Source: Nitrospinota bacterium
Lineage (GTDB): Bacteria > JADFOP01
DNA length: 33,060 nt
Reading direction: 5' to 3'
Assembly (NCBI GenBank): GCA_022562795.1
Contig: JADFOP010000022.1
Span: forward strand, 1 to 33,060
Each line of letters begins with the position of its first letter. Position 1 is the stretch's first letter. The notes beneath the pieces were generated by a model. The model did not search any database. It was not told where the DNA came from and saw only the letters and a list, made by a program, of their open reading frames with translations. This document shows, one piece after another, positions 20,029 to 27,067 of this stretch. The position numbers and the translations under genes were made by a program.

Positions 20029-20086
20029 CGCCTGAGGCGGGCTTGTGGTGTCGGGGGCTGTCCGCCTCAGGCGGACCTTAGGCGGA
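20029..20086. repeat. Cluster of CCGCCTNAGGCGG REP-like palindromes
   Basis: CGCCTGAGGCGG (20029-20040), TCCGCCTCAGGCGGA (20061-20075) and partial CCTTAGGCGGA (20076-20086). 20029-20040 and 20062-20073 are perfect 12-bp inverted repeats. Confidence 0.8.
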
Positions 20087-20145
20087 ACTACCCCTTATTT
20101 CAGATCTAGAACTTTGAAAGCCGGTCGGCCAGGCGGAGGGGCTCG
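20087..20145. repeat. 59-bp direct repeat, copy 1 (last 12 codons and stop of nfi plus 19 bp downstream)
   Basis: ACTACCCCTTATTTCAGATCTAGAACTTTGAAAGCCGGTCGGCCAGGCGGAGGGGCTCG, 58/59 identical to 21036-21094. The single mismatch is synonymous (Lys AAG/AAA). Confidence 0.97.
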
Positions 20146-20209
20146 TTTTCCTGAACGAAAGGGCCCCTGAAAGGGCCAGGGGCTCTCGATCCGGGGCATC
20201 GAGAAGTGC

Positions 20210-20365
20210 CTAGAGACCTACGCCCGAAATAGTGGCGTGGCGGACGGCCGCCACCGGCTGCCTGGGAGCGATATTGTAGCGTGGCCTCAGCGACGGTGCC
20301 GTTCGGACTTGGAACAGCTCTGCCATGGCTTCGGTAGGGGTCGCGAGCGTGTAACGTCCGCATAT
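20210..20365 (-). pseudogene. Truncated SOS-response-associated peptidase (SRAP/YedK/HMCES) N-terminus
   Basis: Translates (ATA)CGRYTLATPTEAMAELFQVRTAPSLRPRYNIAPRQPVAAVR..., matching the MCGR(F/Y)...PRYNIAP.Q SRAP signature. The start codon is ATA instead of ATG and there is a stop after 51 codons. Not in the ORF track. Confidence 0.85.
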
Positions 20366-20469
20366 GGCTTAAGTTTACAGGAACGGTAACAGGAAGGCTA
20401 GGAAGACCACCACGGCCCCTTTCCTAAATCGCTCGCACCTTCTCGCCCGACGGCATTCATCGCGGCATC

Positions 20470-20868
20470 CTACAAGCTGAAGAGAAACTTCCAGAGGATC
20501 TGTCCCCATGACAGGCCCATTACGCGCTCGGGATTGTGGACGAAAAAATATTCTAACTTGAAAACACCGTAGATTCCGATCACAGAGGTCACATTTCGGA
20601 GGGGTGTAAAAAGGGGAGCCAATAAGTCCCCTTTTCGGACCTTATCAATAACGTCAATGAAGGATTCTCCCATAAGTCTGACAAGAACATTGAGCCCGAC
20701 CATGATAATCAGTGTTAATAAAACCCACCAAATTCCACTATGCCCTCGTAGTTTATTGATGAGCGGAGAGAATAAAAGGATGACCATAAAAAATACAATG
20801 ATGGAAAAGGCAAAGTTGCAGAAAGCCTCGACTAACGTTGTCATGCTATCCCAAAAAGCCCTCATCAT
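20470..20868 (-). CDS. Hypothetical small membrane protein (about 132 aa, 2-3 TM)
   Basis: AT-rich hydrophobic ORF. GGAGG SD just before ATG 20868 (the ORF-track start is 20973). TATAAT at 20961-20956 upstream. Confidence 0.6.
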   Translation of the reverse strand: MMRAFWDSMTTLVEAFCNFAFSIIVFFMVILLFSPLINKLRGHSGIWWVLLTLIIMVGLNVLVRLMGESFIDVIDKVRKGDLLAPLFTPLRNVTSVIGIYGVFKLEYFFVHNPERVMGLSWGQILWKFLFSL

Positions 20869-21012
20869 TCTTCCTCCAATGAACATCGGGACGATGTTAT
20901 CTTGCTGCAGAAACTGGGCTCTAGGCCTTTGCTCGAACAGGATAAGCCTATCTTTATTATACTCCGGACTCATCCAGGGCGACCCCGACCTACCCTTAAT
21001 TTGGGTAGCTCA

Positions 21013-21037
21013 TCCGCCTGAGGCGGACAACCCCGAC
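21013..21037. repeat. TCCGCCTGAGGCGGA palindrome unit, inverted counterpart of 20050-20075
   Basis: TCCGCCTGAGGCGGACAACCCCGAC, versus the reverse complement of 20050-20075, TCCGCCTGAGGCGGACAGCCCCCGAC. Confidence 0.8.
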
Positions 21038-21094
21038 TACCCCTTATTTCAGATCTAGAATTTTGAAAGCCGGTCGGCCAGGCGGAGGGGCTCG
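21036..21094. repeat. 59-bp direct repeat, copy 2 (functional nfi 3' end)
   Basis: 58/59 identical to 20087-20145. Confidence 0.97.
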
Positions 21095-21720
21095 GGGTGT
21101 TTCGTACGAAGGCAGCAGGCCAGGACGATCTCGACGGCTCGCTTGAGCGAGACCTTGTGGCCCACCGAGACGTAAAGGGGCTTGCAGCGCTCCCGCGTGG
21201 TTACGGCTGCGCCCAGGATCTCTTCTCCATCGGCATAGGTCAAAAGCTCCCAGGCGCCTTTCTTCGGCCCTGGGGTGGAGGAGACCTTCCCGTAGAGCTT
21301 CGACTTGGCGCACCCGATCGTCGGCCGCCCTATCCAGAGACCAAGGTGGCAGGCGAGGCCAAACCGCCTGGGGTGAGCGAAGCCCTGGCCATCTACCAGC
21401 AGGCAGTCGATGGGATGGGTTAGATGGGATAAGGCCGTGAGCGCGACCGGCGCCTCTCGAAAGCTGAGCAGGCCGGGGACGTACGGAAACCGGACCGGCG
21501 CCTCGGCCACTCTCTCCTCTATAACCTCCATGCCAGGCCAGCGGCAGACCACCGCGGCCGCCCGGGCCTTCCCATCTTTGTAAGCGACGTCAACGCCGGT
21601 GACCCAGCGGAGGAGCCTGACGGCTCCCCGTGTTACGACATCCGCGCGTAGCCGCTTTTGCACCGTAACAGCCTCTTTCGGCTCCAGCGGCCACTCGTGG
21701 AGCGGTCGTTTCTTCCCCAT
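21055..21720 (-). CDS. nfi: Endonuclease V (deoxyinosine 3' endonuclease)
   Basis: GVDVAY, FPYVPGLLSFRE, LLVDGQGFAHPRRFGLACHLG, GCAKSKL, PLYVSVGH, PEPLRLAD. Start set at ATG 21720 (221 aa) rather than 22008. Confidence 0.96.
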   Translation of the reverse strand: MGKKRPLHEWPLEPKEAVTVQKRLRADVVTRGAVRLLRWVTGVDVAYKDGKARAAAVVCRWPGMEVIEERVAEAPVRFPYVPGLLSFREAPVALTALSHLTHPIDCLLVDGQGFAHPRRFGLACHLGLWIGRPTIGCAKSKLYGKVSSTPGPKKGAWELLTYADGEEILGAAVTTRERCKPLYVSVGHKVSLKRAVEIVLACCLRTKHPEPLRLADRLSKF

Positions 21721-21922
21721 GCGCTTACCTTCTTGCGTTCTTCCCCCACTCCATGAAAATACCAAATCCTCTAAGAGCGGGCAACGGTATCTCCATAAAT
21801 CTCTTGCGCCTGGGGCCTTAGCGTTCGTAGAATACCGGGCAAAAGGCAAGGAAATGGTGGGGGGATCATTGAGAAAGATGGAATTAGAAGCCAAAAGCCA
21901 GCGGGCGCTTTGCAGAGGGGGC

Positions 21923-22393
21923 GTGCCGGCGCGCAAAATGATGATCGGAATTTGCTGCTTGCTCCTGGCATCCTGCGCCTCAAACCGAATGGCGCCAGAG
22001 CAGCGCATGGAGCGGGCTCAGACCAGGGTCTTCGACGCATCTTACGATGAGGTATTCCCAGCCGTCGTTGAGGTGTTGTCGCGGGATTACACGCTCGTTC
22101 GGGTGGACCGGGAGGAGGGAGCTGTCGAGACGGCCCCTAAATCCGATGTCGTCTTGAATACGGAGGGGTTTCAGGGGGTCTACAGCCTGAAGGTTCGGGC
22201 TGTCGTGACGCGATTGGGGGCGGGGCGGACCAAGGTCCGTCTGCGCGTCTTGGCCGGGAGGCTCCTTGACTTTGTGGAGAACCGTTGGGTATACAAAGAT
22301 TTTGGCGCCTCCCAGTACTATCGGGAGTATTTTCGCGTAATAGATGCGGTTTTCCGCGATAAGAGGGGTTTGCCAAAAGGGGCAGTTCAATAA
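21923..22393 (+). CDS. Putative lipoprotein (BamC/NlpB-like small alpha/beta domain)
   Basis: GTG start after GAGGGGG gives MPARKMMIGICCLLLAS-C (lipobox), then the pattern TRVFDASYDEVF.AV..VL......D.E.G.VET. Start uncertain. Confidence 0.65.
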   Translation: MPARKMMIGICCLLLASCASNRMAPEQRMERAQTRVFDASYDEVFPAVVEVLSRDYTLVRVDREEGAVETAPKSDVVLNTEGFQGVYSLKVRAVVTRLGAGRTKVRLRVLAGRLLDFVENRWVYKDFGASQYYREYFRVIDAVFRDKRGLPKGAVQ

Positions 22394-22403
22394 TGAAAGT
22401 CGT

Positions 22404-22433
22404 TTGCATTTTGTAGCTTAGGCGTGCTATGCT
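22404..22433 (+). promoter_or_regulatory. Putative sigma70 promoter with extended -10
   Basis: TTGCAT (22404-09), 18-bp spacer, TG-C-TATGCT (22428-33). Confidence 0.45.
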
Positions 22434-22439
22434 AATAAA

Positions 22440-23363
22440 ATGCTTGAGATAAAAAGAGCGAATTTTCCGCGAATTTCCGCCTATCTACTTTTTTTGGCGA
22501 TATTGGTTTGGGGTTGCGCTCCCAAGATTCAGGATAGCGAACGGTATAAACCCTCCGAGAGCCTGCTTGAGATTCTCGCGGATTTTCAACGACATCTGGA
22601 GGACGACACATACCGCTTTGCAACTTTCAAGGACATTACGGGCCAAAATATCTACAAGGCGACCCTGATCAGGTTGAACAACTATGAACGGCTCCACCCG
22701 AACAAGTTCGGTCCCATTTTGGCCTACAGCCGGGCGAAAGCCTACGAAAAGCTCCACGATTTCAAGGCCGCCGTGGCTAGCTATCGCCAGATTGTTGGGA
22801 CGGGAAACGAGCTAGAGCCACAAGCTAAAGAGGGGCTTCAAGTATGCCAGGACTATCTGGCGGCAGAAGCATTGGTCCCTACCGGTGGGTCGGTTGCCGA
22901 GACCTTGGTAGGGCACGACAATCGTCTCAAAGCGCTGGAAGGGCTCATCGAGATTAATAAGGGAACGCCCTACGAAAACCTGTCGCGAGAGGTGGAGGAG
23001 AAGGCTGCAATAGAGAGGGTTATTTATTTGGAGGCCAATAGAGAGCGGATTCAGAATGGGACAGAGCTTACAATTGTAGAGTATAGTCGTATTATCAAGC
23101 GCCACGAAGAGAGCAAGAACGTATATCGCCACATGCTGCGTTTGGGAGGCTTCTTTGAAGAGCTGGCCCGGCAATACTCAAACCGTTATGACCCGGAGGG
23201 CTTGAGCTTCAGCATGGATGAGTTTAAAAGCTACGCCGATAGCGCTATGGGGCTCTACGCGATGGTGGCCTCGAAGGACGGGATTATCGAGAAAGCGGAA
23301 GCCCATGGCTTGACCAATTCTTTGCGGGCGTACATGATGAAGGTCCGCAATCTCCATCGGTAG
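22440..23363 (+). CDS. Putative alpha-helical/TPR-like lipoprotein
   Basis: Signal with LVWG-C lipobox. TPR-like segment AYSRAKAYEKLHDFKAAVASYRQIV. Confidence 0.7.
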   Translation: MLEIKRANFPRISAYLLFLAILVWGCAPKIQDSERYKPSESLLEILADFQRHLEDDTYRFATFKDITGQNIYKATLIRLNNYERLHPNKFGPILAYSRAKAYEKLHDFKAAVASYRQIVGTGNELEPQAKEGLQVCQDYLAAEALVPTGGSVAETLVGHDNRLKALEGLIEINKGTPYENLSREVEEKAAIERVIYLEANRERIQNGTELTIVEYSRIIKRHEESKNVYRHMLRLGGFFEELARQYSNRYDPEGLSFSMDEFKSYADSAMGLYAMVASKDGIIEKAEAHGLTNSLRAYMMKVRNLHR

Positions 23364-23373
23364 GAGTGGTCGT

Positions 23374-25854
23374 ATGCGACTGAGAGCCCTTTTCGCCGCT
23401 GCGTTGATTCTATTGTTGGTGGGCCATTCTGGATTTGCGGTCGAGCCCGACCCAAAATCTCTGCCAACCAAAGGTGCGTTAGAGCCCATAGACCTCTCCC
23501 CCTTCTCCGAAGACTACCATCCGGTCAAGAAATCTCCGGAGACGATACAGTTTTTCCCCGACGATGTGGAGTGGAGCGTGGAGCAGGCAATCATCGCGGG
23601 CTACGCAGGGCGCTCCTGGGAAATTGATAGTTATTACCGGAGCCTTCGGAAGCACGATCGGCATCTCCTTAGGCGGGGGGAGCAGGCGACGGGTTTGGCC
23701 GACGACATGCTTCAGTTTAGAAACAGCCACATCAGCGACCCCAGGGCCTATAGGGAAGCCCAGGAAAAGGTTCTAAGCCAGAAAGGCCTGAGCAAGGAGA
23801 TGAGGCGTGTCATAACCTACCGGCTGAAGAACGCCGAATTGGCGCGGGCCGAGCGCCTCCTCCATGAGGATAAACTCGCCAAGGTGGGCATGGTGGTCAA
23901 CGGCTTTCTTCAGTCGCTCGACCTGATGGCCCTTACCGTGGGCTCGGTCGTAGGAAGCACGGTCGATGCGGCTGTCCGCACCTTCGTTAGTCTAGAAGAT
24001 ATACGCGAGATGAGCGTCAAAGAAAAGAAAGCCCTGGCCGAATACAAAACCTATTTAGCCAAGTATCCCAAGGCGCTCGATGCCGATAAGGTAAGGGCCG
24101 AGGTAGAGCGGCTTGAGGCGAAGAAGCGGCATTGGGCTTTCCGGGAGGAGATGGAAAAGGCGGCCGAACATCTTGAAGCGCATGACCACGACGAGGCTCA
24201 GGCGGCCTATAGTAGGGCTTTGGAACTGAAGCCTGGCTCTCGCGAGGCCCTGGAAGGTCTTACGAAAGTCGATGAGCTTAGGGCCGAGTACGAAGCGGCC
24301 ATGGATCGCTCCCTCAAAGTGGTTCGCGGTCGCGGGGGCCCGAAGAATCGTGTCGAAGAGGCAGCCTATCGACAGCTCTTGAGCGCTGTGGCGGCTGGTG
24401 ATAGCGAGGCTGTTCGGCTTAGGGCGACGGAGTTTATGGAGCGCCATCCAAAGAGCCAGTTTCGTGATGAAGCGGCCTATGCCTTGGCTTCGGCTGTCGC
24501 CGTCTCCGGGGACTATGAGGAAGCCAAGCGGCTTATGGATAAGACCGCCCGTGACTACGGAGACCGGAATATGGGCCGGCGGGCCCAGCTTGTGCTCTCC
24601 AGTCAAGAATTCGATCGGCTGGGAGCTTTCTACGCGGCTCAGCGCGAGCATAGACGAAAGCAGGTTCAATATGCCTTGATTGGGGAGGATTTAGCCCGCA
24701 AGAACGCAGATTTCGGCGTATACAGGCTCTTTATTGATGGGATCAAGTCAGTGGAGACTCTCGGGATGGTCAACCTTCTGGGAGCTACCATGAGGACTGT
24801 GGAATTGGTGAGCCGTGACCCCATTCCTAACGACCCCATTATCGAGGAGGGGCTAAAATTCTCACATAATCACCCTGGGGCTCCCGAGGTTAAGGAGGTT
24901 TACTATCAGCTGGCCAGGGCCTATGAGCGAGAGCAAAAATACATTGACGCCTTAGCGTATTATCAGTTAAGCGGACGGGCGTCCGAGCGGAAAATCGCGG
25001 GACTTCGTGAAAAAGCCGCTCGAAACCTCCTTGCTCAGGCGACCATGGCGCCCAACTCGGTTATGAAAGCTCGCCTCTATCGAGCCATAATCGAGCAATT
25101 TCCAGAGACGAAGCCGGTTGCCAAAGCCAAAGAGCGTCTCGTTGCCCTCGCCAAACAGTATCAAGACCGCTTCAGGCTAAGTCGAAAGTACCTTCTCAGC
25201 CATCCTGAGATCGCCGGCCCGCAAGGGCTCAATCTCGATCCCAACTTGCTCGACGGAGACACCTCCAATCGGGAGATTCACGACAAAGGCATCCTCTTGC
25301 TAAGTGGCAACCGGATGAAGATTTTCTTCACCTTGCCCGATGGGAGCGAGTCGTCAAAAGTCTTTCTCCTTCACCCGAATGTAGTGGCCCGCTTGGAGGG
25401 CCTGACTCGTGACCTCGACAGGAAGAGAGCCTACGCATTGTCTGAGAAATATGGGATAGAAGGGCCTTTGGTAGCGACCCATGGGAGCTTCGCGGGCACA
25501 CTGGAGGCGGAAAAGCGGTACAATCCCTTCGTCGTAGAAGAAATCAACGATGCTCCAGGCAACGTATATCTGTCCGATGCAGAGCTAAGGCAATATGAAG
25601 AGACGCTCTACGCCAACCTCGGCGCAGATATCTCTTCCGACCTAAGAGAGCTCTCCACAGGAGGAGCCCTATACTTCCGACGTTACGGGGCAGGCGTCAA
25701 TTTCGGGCTTGACCAGGAGAGCCCCAACGTGGGGGCCCTAGTGCCTCTCGGCTTTTTCGAGATCAACACGAAGATGCGCCCCACGGGCCTTTCGGTCTAT
25801 CCCTCCATTCGATTAGGCTCCAAGCCTGTCCCCGACGAGTATCTCTATAAATAA
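23374..25854 (+). CDS. Large exported TPR-repeat protein
   Basis: Signal peptide (MRLRALFAAALILLLVGHSGFA), several TPR motifs and a beta-rich C-terminus. SD AGGAG. Confidence 0.8.
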   Translation: MRLRALFAAALILLLVGHSGFAVEPDPKSLPTKGALEPIDLSPFSEDYHPVKKSPETIQFFPDDVEWSVEQAIIAGYAGRSWEIDSYYRSLRKHDRHLLRRGEQATGLADDMLQFRNSHISDPRAYREAQEKVLSQKGLSKEMRRVITYRLKNAELARAERLLHEDKLAKVGMVVNGFLQSLDLMALTVGSVVGSTVDAAVRTFVSLEDIREMSVKEKKALAEYKTYLAKYPKALDADKVRAEVERLEAKKRHWAFREEMEKAAEHLEAHDHDEAQAAYSRALELKPGSREALEGLTKVDELRAEYEAAMDRSLKVVRGRGGPKNRVEEAAYRQLLSAVAAGDSEAVRLRATEFMERHPKSQFRDEAAYALASAVAVSGDYEEAKRLMDKTARDYGDRNMGRRAQLVLSSQEFDRLGAFYAAQREHRRKQVQYALIGEDLARKNADFGVYRLFIDGIKSVETLGMVNLLGATMRTVELVSRDPIPNDPIIEEGLKFSHNHPGAPEVKEVYYQLARAYEREQKYIDALAYYQLSGRASERKIAGLREKAARNLLAQATMAPNSVMKARLYRAIIEQFPETKPVAKAKERLVALAKQYQDRFRLSRKYLLSHPEIAGPQGLNLDPNLLDGDTSNREIHDKGILLLSGNRMKIFFTLPDGSESSKVFLLHPNVVARLEGLTRDLDRKRAYALSEKYGIEGPLVATHGSFAGTLEAEKRYNPFVVEEINDAPGNVYLSDAELRQYEETLYANLGADISSDLRELSTGGALYFRRYGAGVNFGLDQESPNVGALVPLGFFEINTKMRPTGLSVYPSIRLGSKPVPDEYLYK

Positions 25855-25919
25855 TCCTTCCGGCGGGAAGTCATCTGTGGTTTCAGGTGGGGGATTTTCC
25901 TGTAAGGGGGCCGCTGGAG

Positions 25920-26237
25920 CTATGAACTGCCTTTCTTCTTGCGCTTCTTTTTGCGCATTTTTGCGCGCACATCGAATCCGGGCGTCTTTTGGATGAAGAC
26001 CTCTTCTTTTCGGAGCCCTCCCCGGCCTCCCTCAGCGCTCCGGGTGAATTGAGCGGAGGCCTCAGGGGTTATGCTATCGGCTGAGAAGCCGGATGTCTTG
26101 CTGATAAGGCCCGCCGACGTGAGGGCCTTTTCCACCGGAGCGTCGCACTCATTGCAGTGCTCCGGCGGCGGGTCATCCATCTTCTGGAGGAGCTCGAAGA
26201 GGTGGCCATTCTCGCACTTGTATACGTAGATAGGCAC
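25920..26237 (-). CDS. FmdB-family zinc-ribbon protein
   Basis: GTG start after GGAGGG gives MPIYVYKCENGHLFELLQKMDDPP.EHCNEC. Poly-Lys C-terminus. Confidence 0.85.
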   Translation of the reverse strand: MPIYVYKCENGHLFELLQKMDDPPPEHCNECDAPVEKALTSAGLISKTSGFSADSITPEASAQFTRSAEGGRGGLRKEEVFIQKTPGFDVRAKMRKKKRKKKGSS

Positions 26238-26265
26238 AAAGAACCCTCCCATCGGGTGTAAGATG

Positions 26266-26295
26266 ATTGTAACAAAGAAGGGGAGGGAGCGTCAA
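26266..26295 (-). promoter_or_regulatory. Sigma70-type promoter for the FmdB-like gene
   Basis: Minus strand TTGACG (26295-26290), 18-bp spacer, TG-T-TACAAT (26271-26266). Confidence 0.6.
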
Positions 26296-26329
26296 CGAGC
26301 AGGGGTTAAGGGTTCCTCGAGTGAGGGCT

Positions 26330-27067
26330 CTAGCCCGGAGTTACCTCGGGGCTAGAGGGAGGTGGCGGGGCGTGGTCCCCCCGGGACCTGGTGTACCATC
26401 GATAGAGGGTCGTAGGGTTCACGCCAAGCAGGTAGCCGAGCAACACGAGGTTGTTCCTGAGAGTGGTCGCGAACACCCCCTCCCGCTCCCAACGACGTGG
26501 GGAGGTCTTAACCTGTCCGGGGGCTAATCCCACCAAACCGTGGCGCCTGAGGCGGAGCACAAAATCTACGTCTTCCATGAAGGGGAGGGGCCGAAACCCT
26601 CCCAGGGCGGCGAAGACATCCCTGCGCACAAAAATGGCCTGGTCTCCGTAGGGGAGCCCCAGCCATCGGGAGCGCAGGTTGGCTCCCGCCTCGATGATCC
26701 TCCAGGCCCGCCGGTCGCCTTCCAGCCCGAGACGAAACGCGCCGGCCACGCGGCCTCGAGAGTCGATGACGTCGAGCACCTGTGCACGCCAGTCGGCCGG
26801 CAGAGTGGTGTCGGCGTGGAGAAAGCAGAGGATACGCCCTTTGGCCCGGGCTGCACCTGCGTTGCACTGCGCAGGCCGGCCGCCTTGAACCACGAGGACC
26901 TGGGTTGCGTAGCGTGCGGCTACGGCCACGGTGGCGTCGCCGCTGCCACCGTCCACCACAAGGCACTCCTCAACAACCCCTGACGCCCGAAGCCGCTCAA
27001 GACAGGCCTCGAGAGTGGCCTCCTCACTCAAGGTCGGGATTATGATGGAGACATCTACCCTTTCCAT
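26330..27067 (-). CDS. GT2 glycosyltransferase, TIGR04283-like
   Basis: SIIIPTL.E, VVDGGS.D.T, GR..Q.NAGA, LCFLHADT, LPYGDQAIFVRR..F...GGF...P.MED, TSPRRW. Confidence 0.9.
   Translation of the reverse strand: MERVDVSIIIPTLSEEATLEACLERLRASGVVEECLVVDGGSGDATVAVAARYATQVLVVQGGRPAQCNAGAARAKGRILCFLHADTTLPADWRAQVLDVIDSRGRVAGAFRLGLEGDRRAWRIIEAGANLRSRWLGLPYGDQAIFVRRDVFAALGGFRPLPFMEDVDFVLRLRRHGLVGLAPGQVKTSPRRWEREGVFATTLRNNLVLLGYLLGVNPTTLYRWYTRSRGDHAPPPPSSPEVTPG

Larger units (their letters stand above)
19038..20105. mobile_element. Putative inserted cassette A between nfi 3'-end copies (1137-bp stop-to-stop period)
   Basis: Bounded by nfi-end copies at 18969 and 20106. It carries one AT-richer membrane-protein gene and a palindrome cluster. 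No recombinase gene. Confidence 0.6.
20146..21035. mobile_element. Putative inserted cassette B between the 59-bp direct repeats (949-bp period)
   Basis: Flanked by near-identical att-like repeats. Contains a membrane-protein ORF, a SRAP remnant and a palindrome. No recombinase gene. Confidence 0.65.

Noticed and set aside
20168-20185. TGAAAGGGCCAGGGGCTC looks like the nfi tail with two 6-bp deletions, and TTTTGAAAG at 19064 is similar
   Set aside because: Too short and gapped to separate from chance, so not counted as further copies.
20106-20363. 85-aa ORF ending in EPLRLADRLSKF, like EndoV
   Set aside because: It is a chance fusion of an off-frame reading of the SRAP remnant with the duplicated nfi tail, not a credible gene.
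20087-21094. Diversity-generating retroelement TR/VR pair, or CRISPR repeats
   Set aside because: There is only one mismatch, no reverse transcriptase or cas gene, and the spacing is about 1 kb.
21721-22008. N-terminal extensions of nfi (from 22008) and of the opposite-strand lipoprotein ORF (from 21599)
   Set aside because: They overlap each other and lack homology. Better starts with SD-like sites are at 21720 and about 21923.
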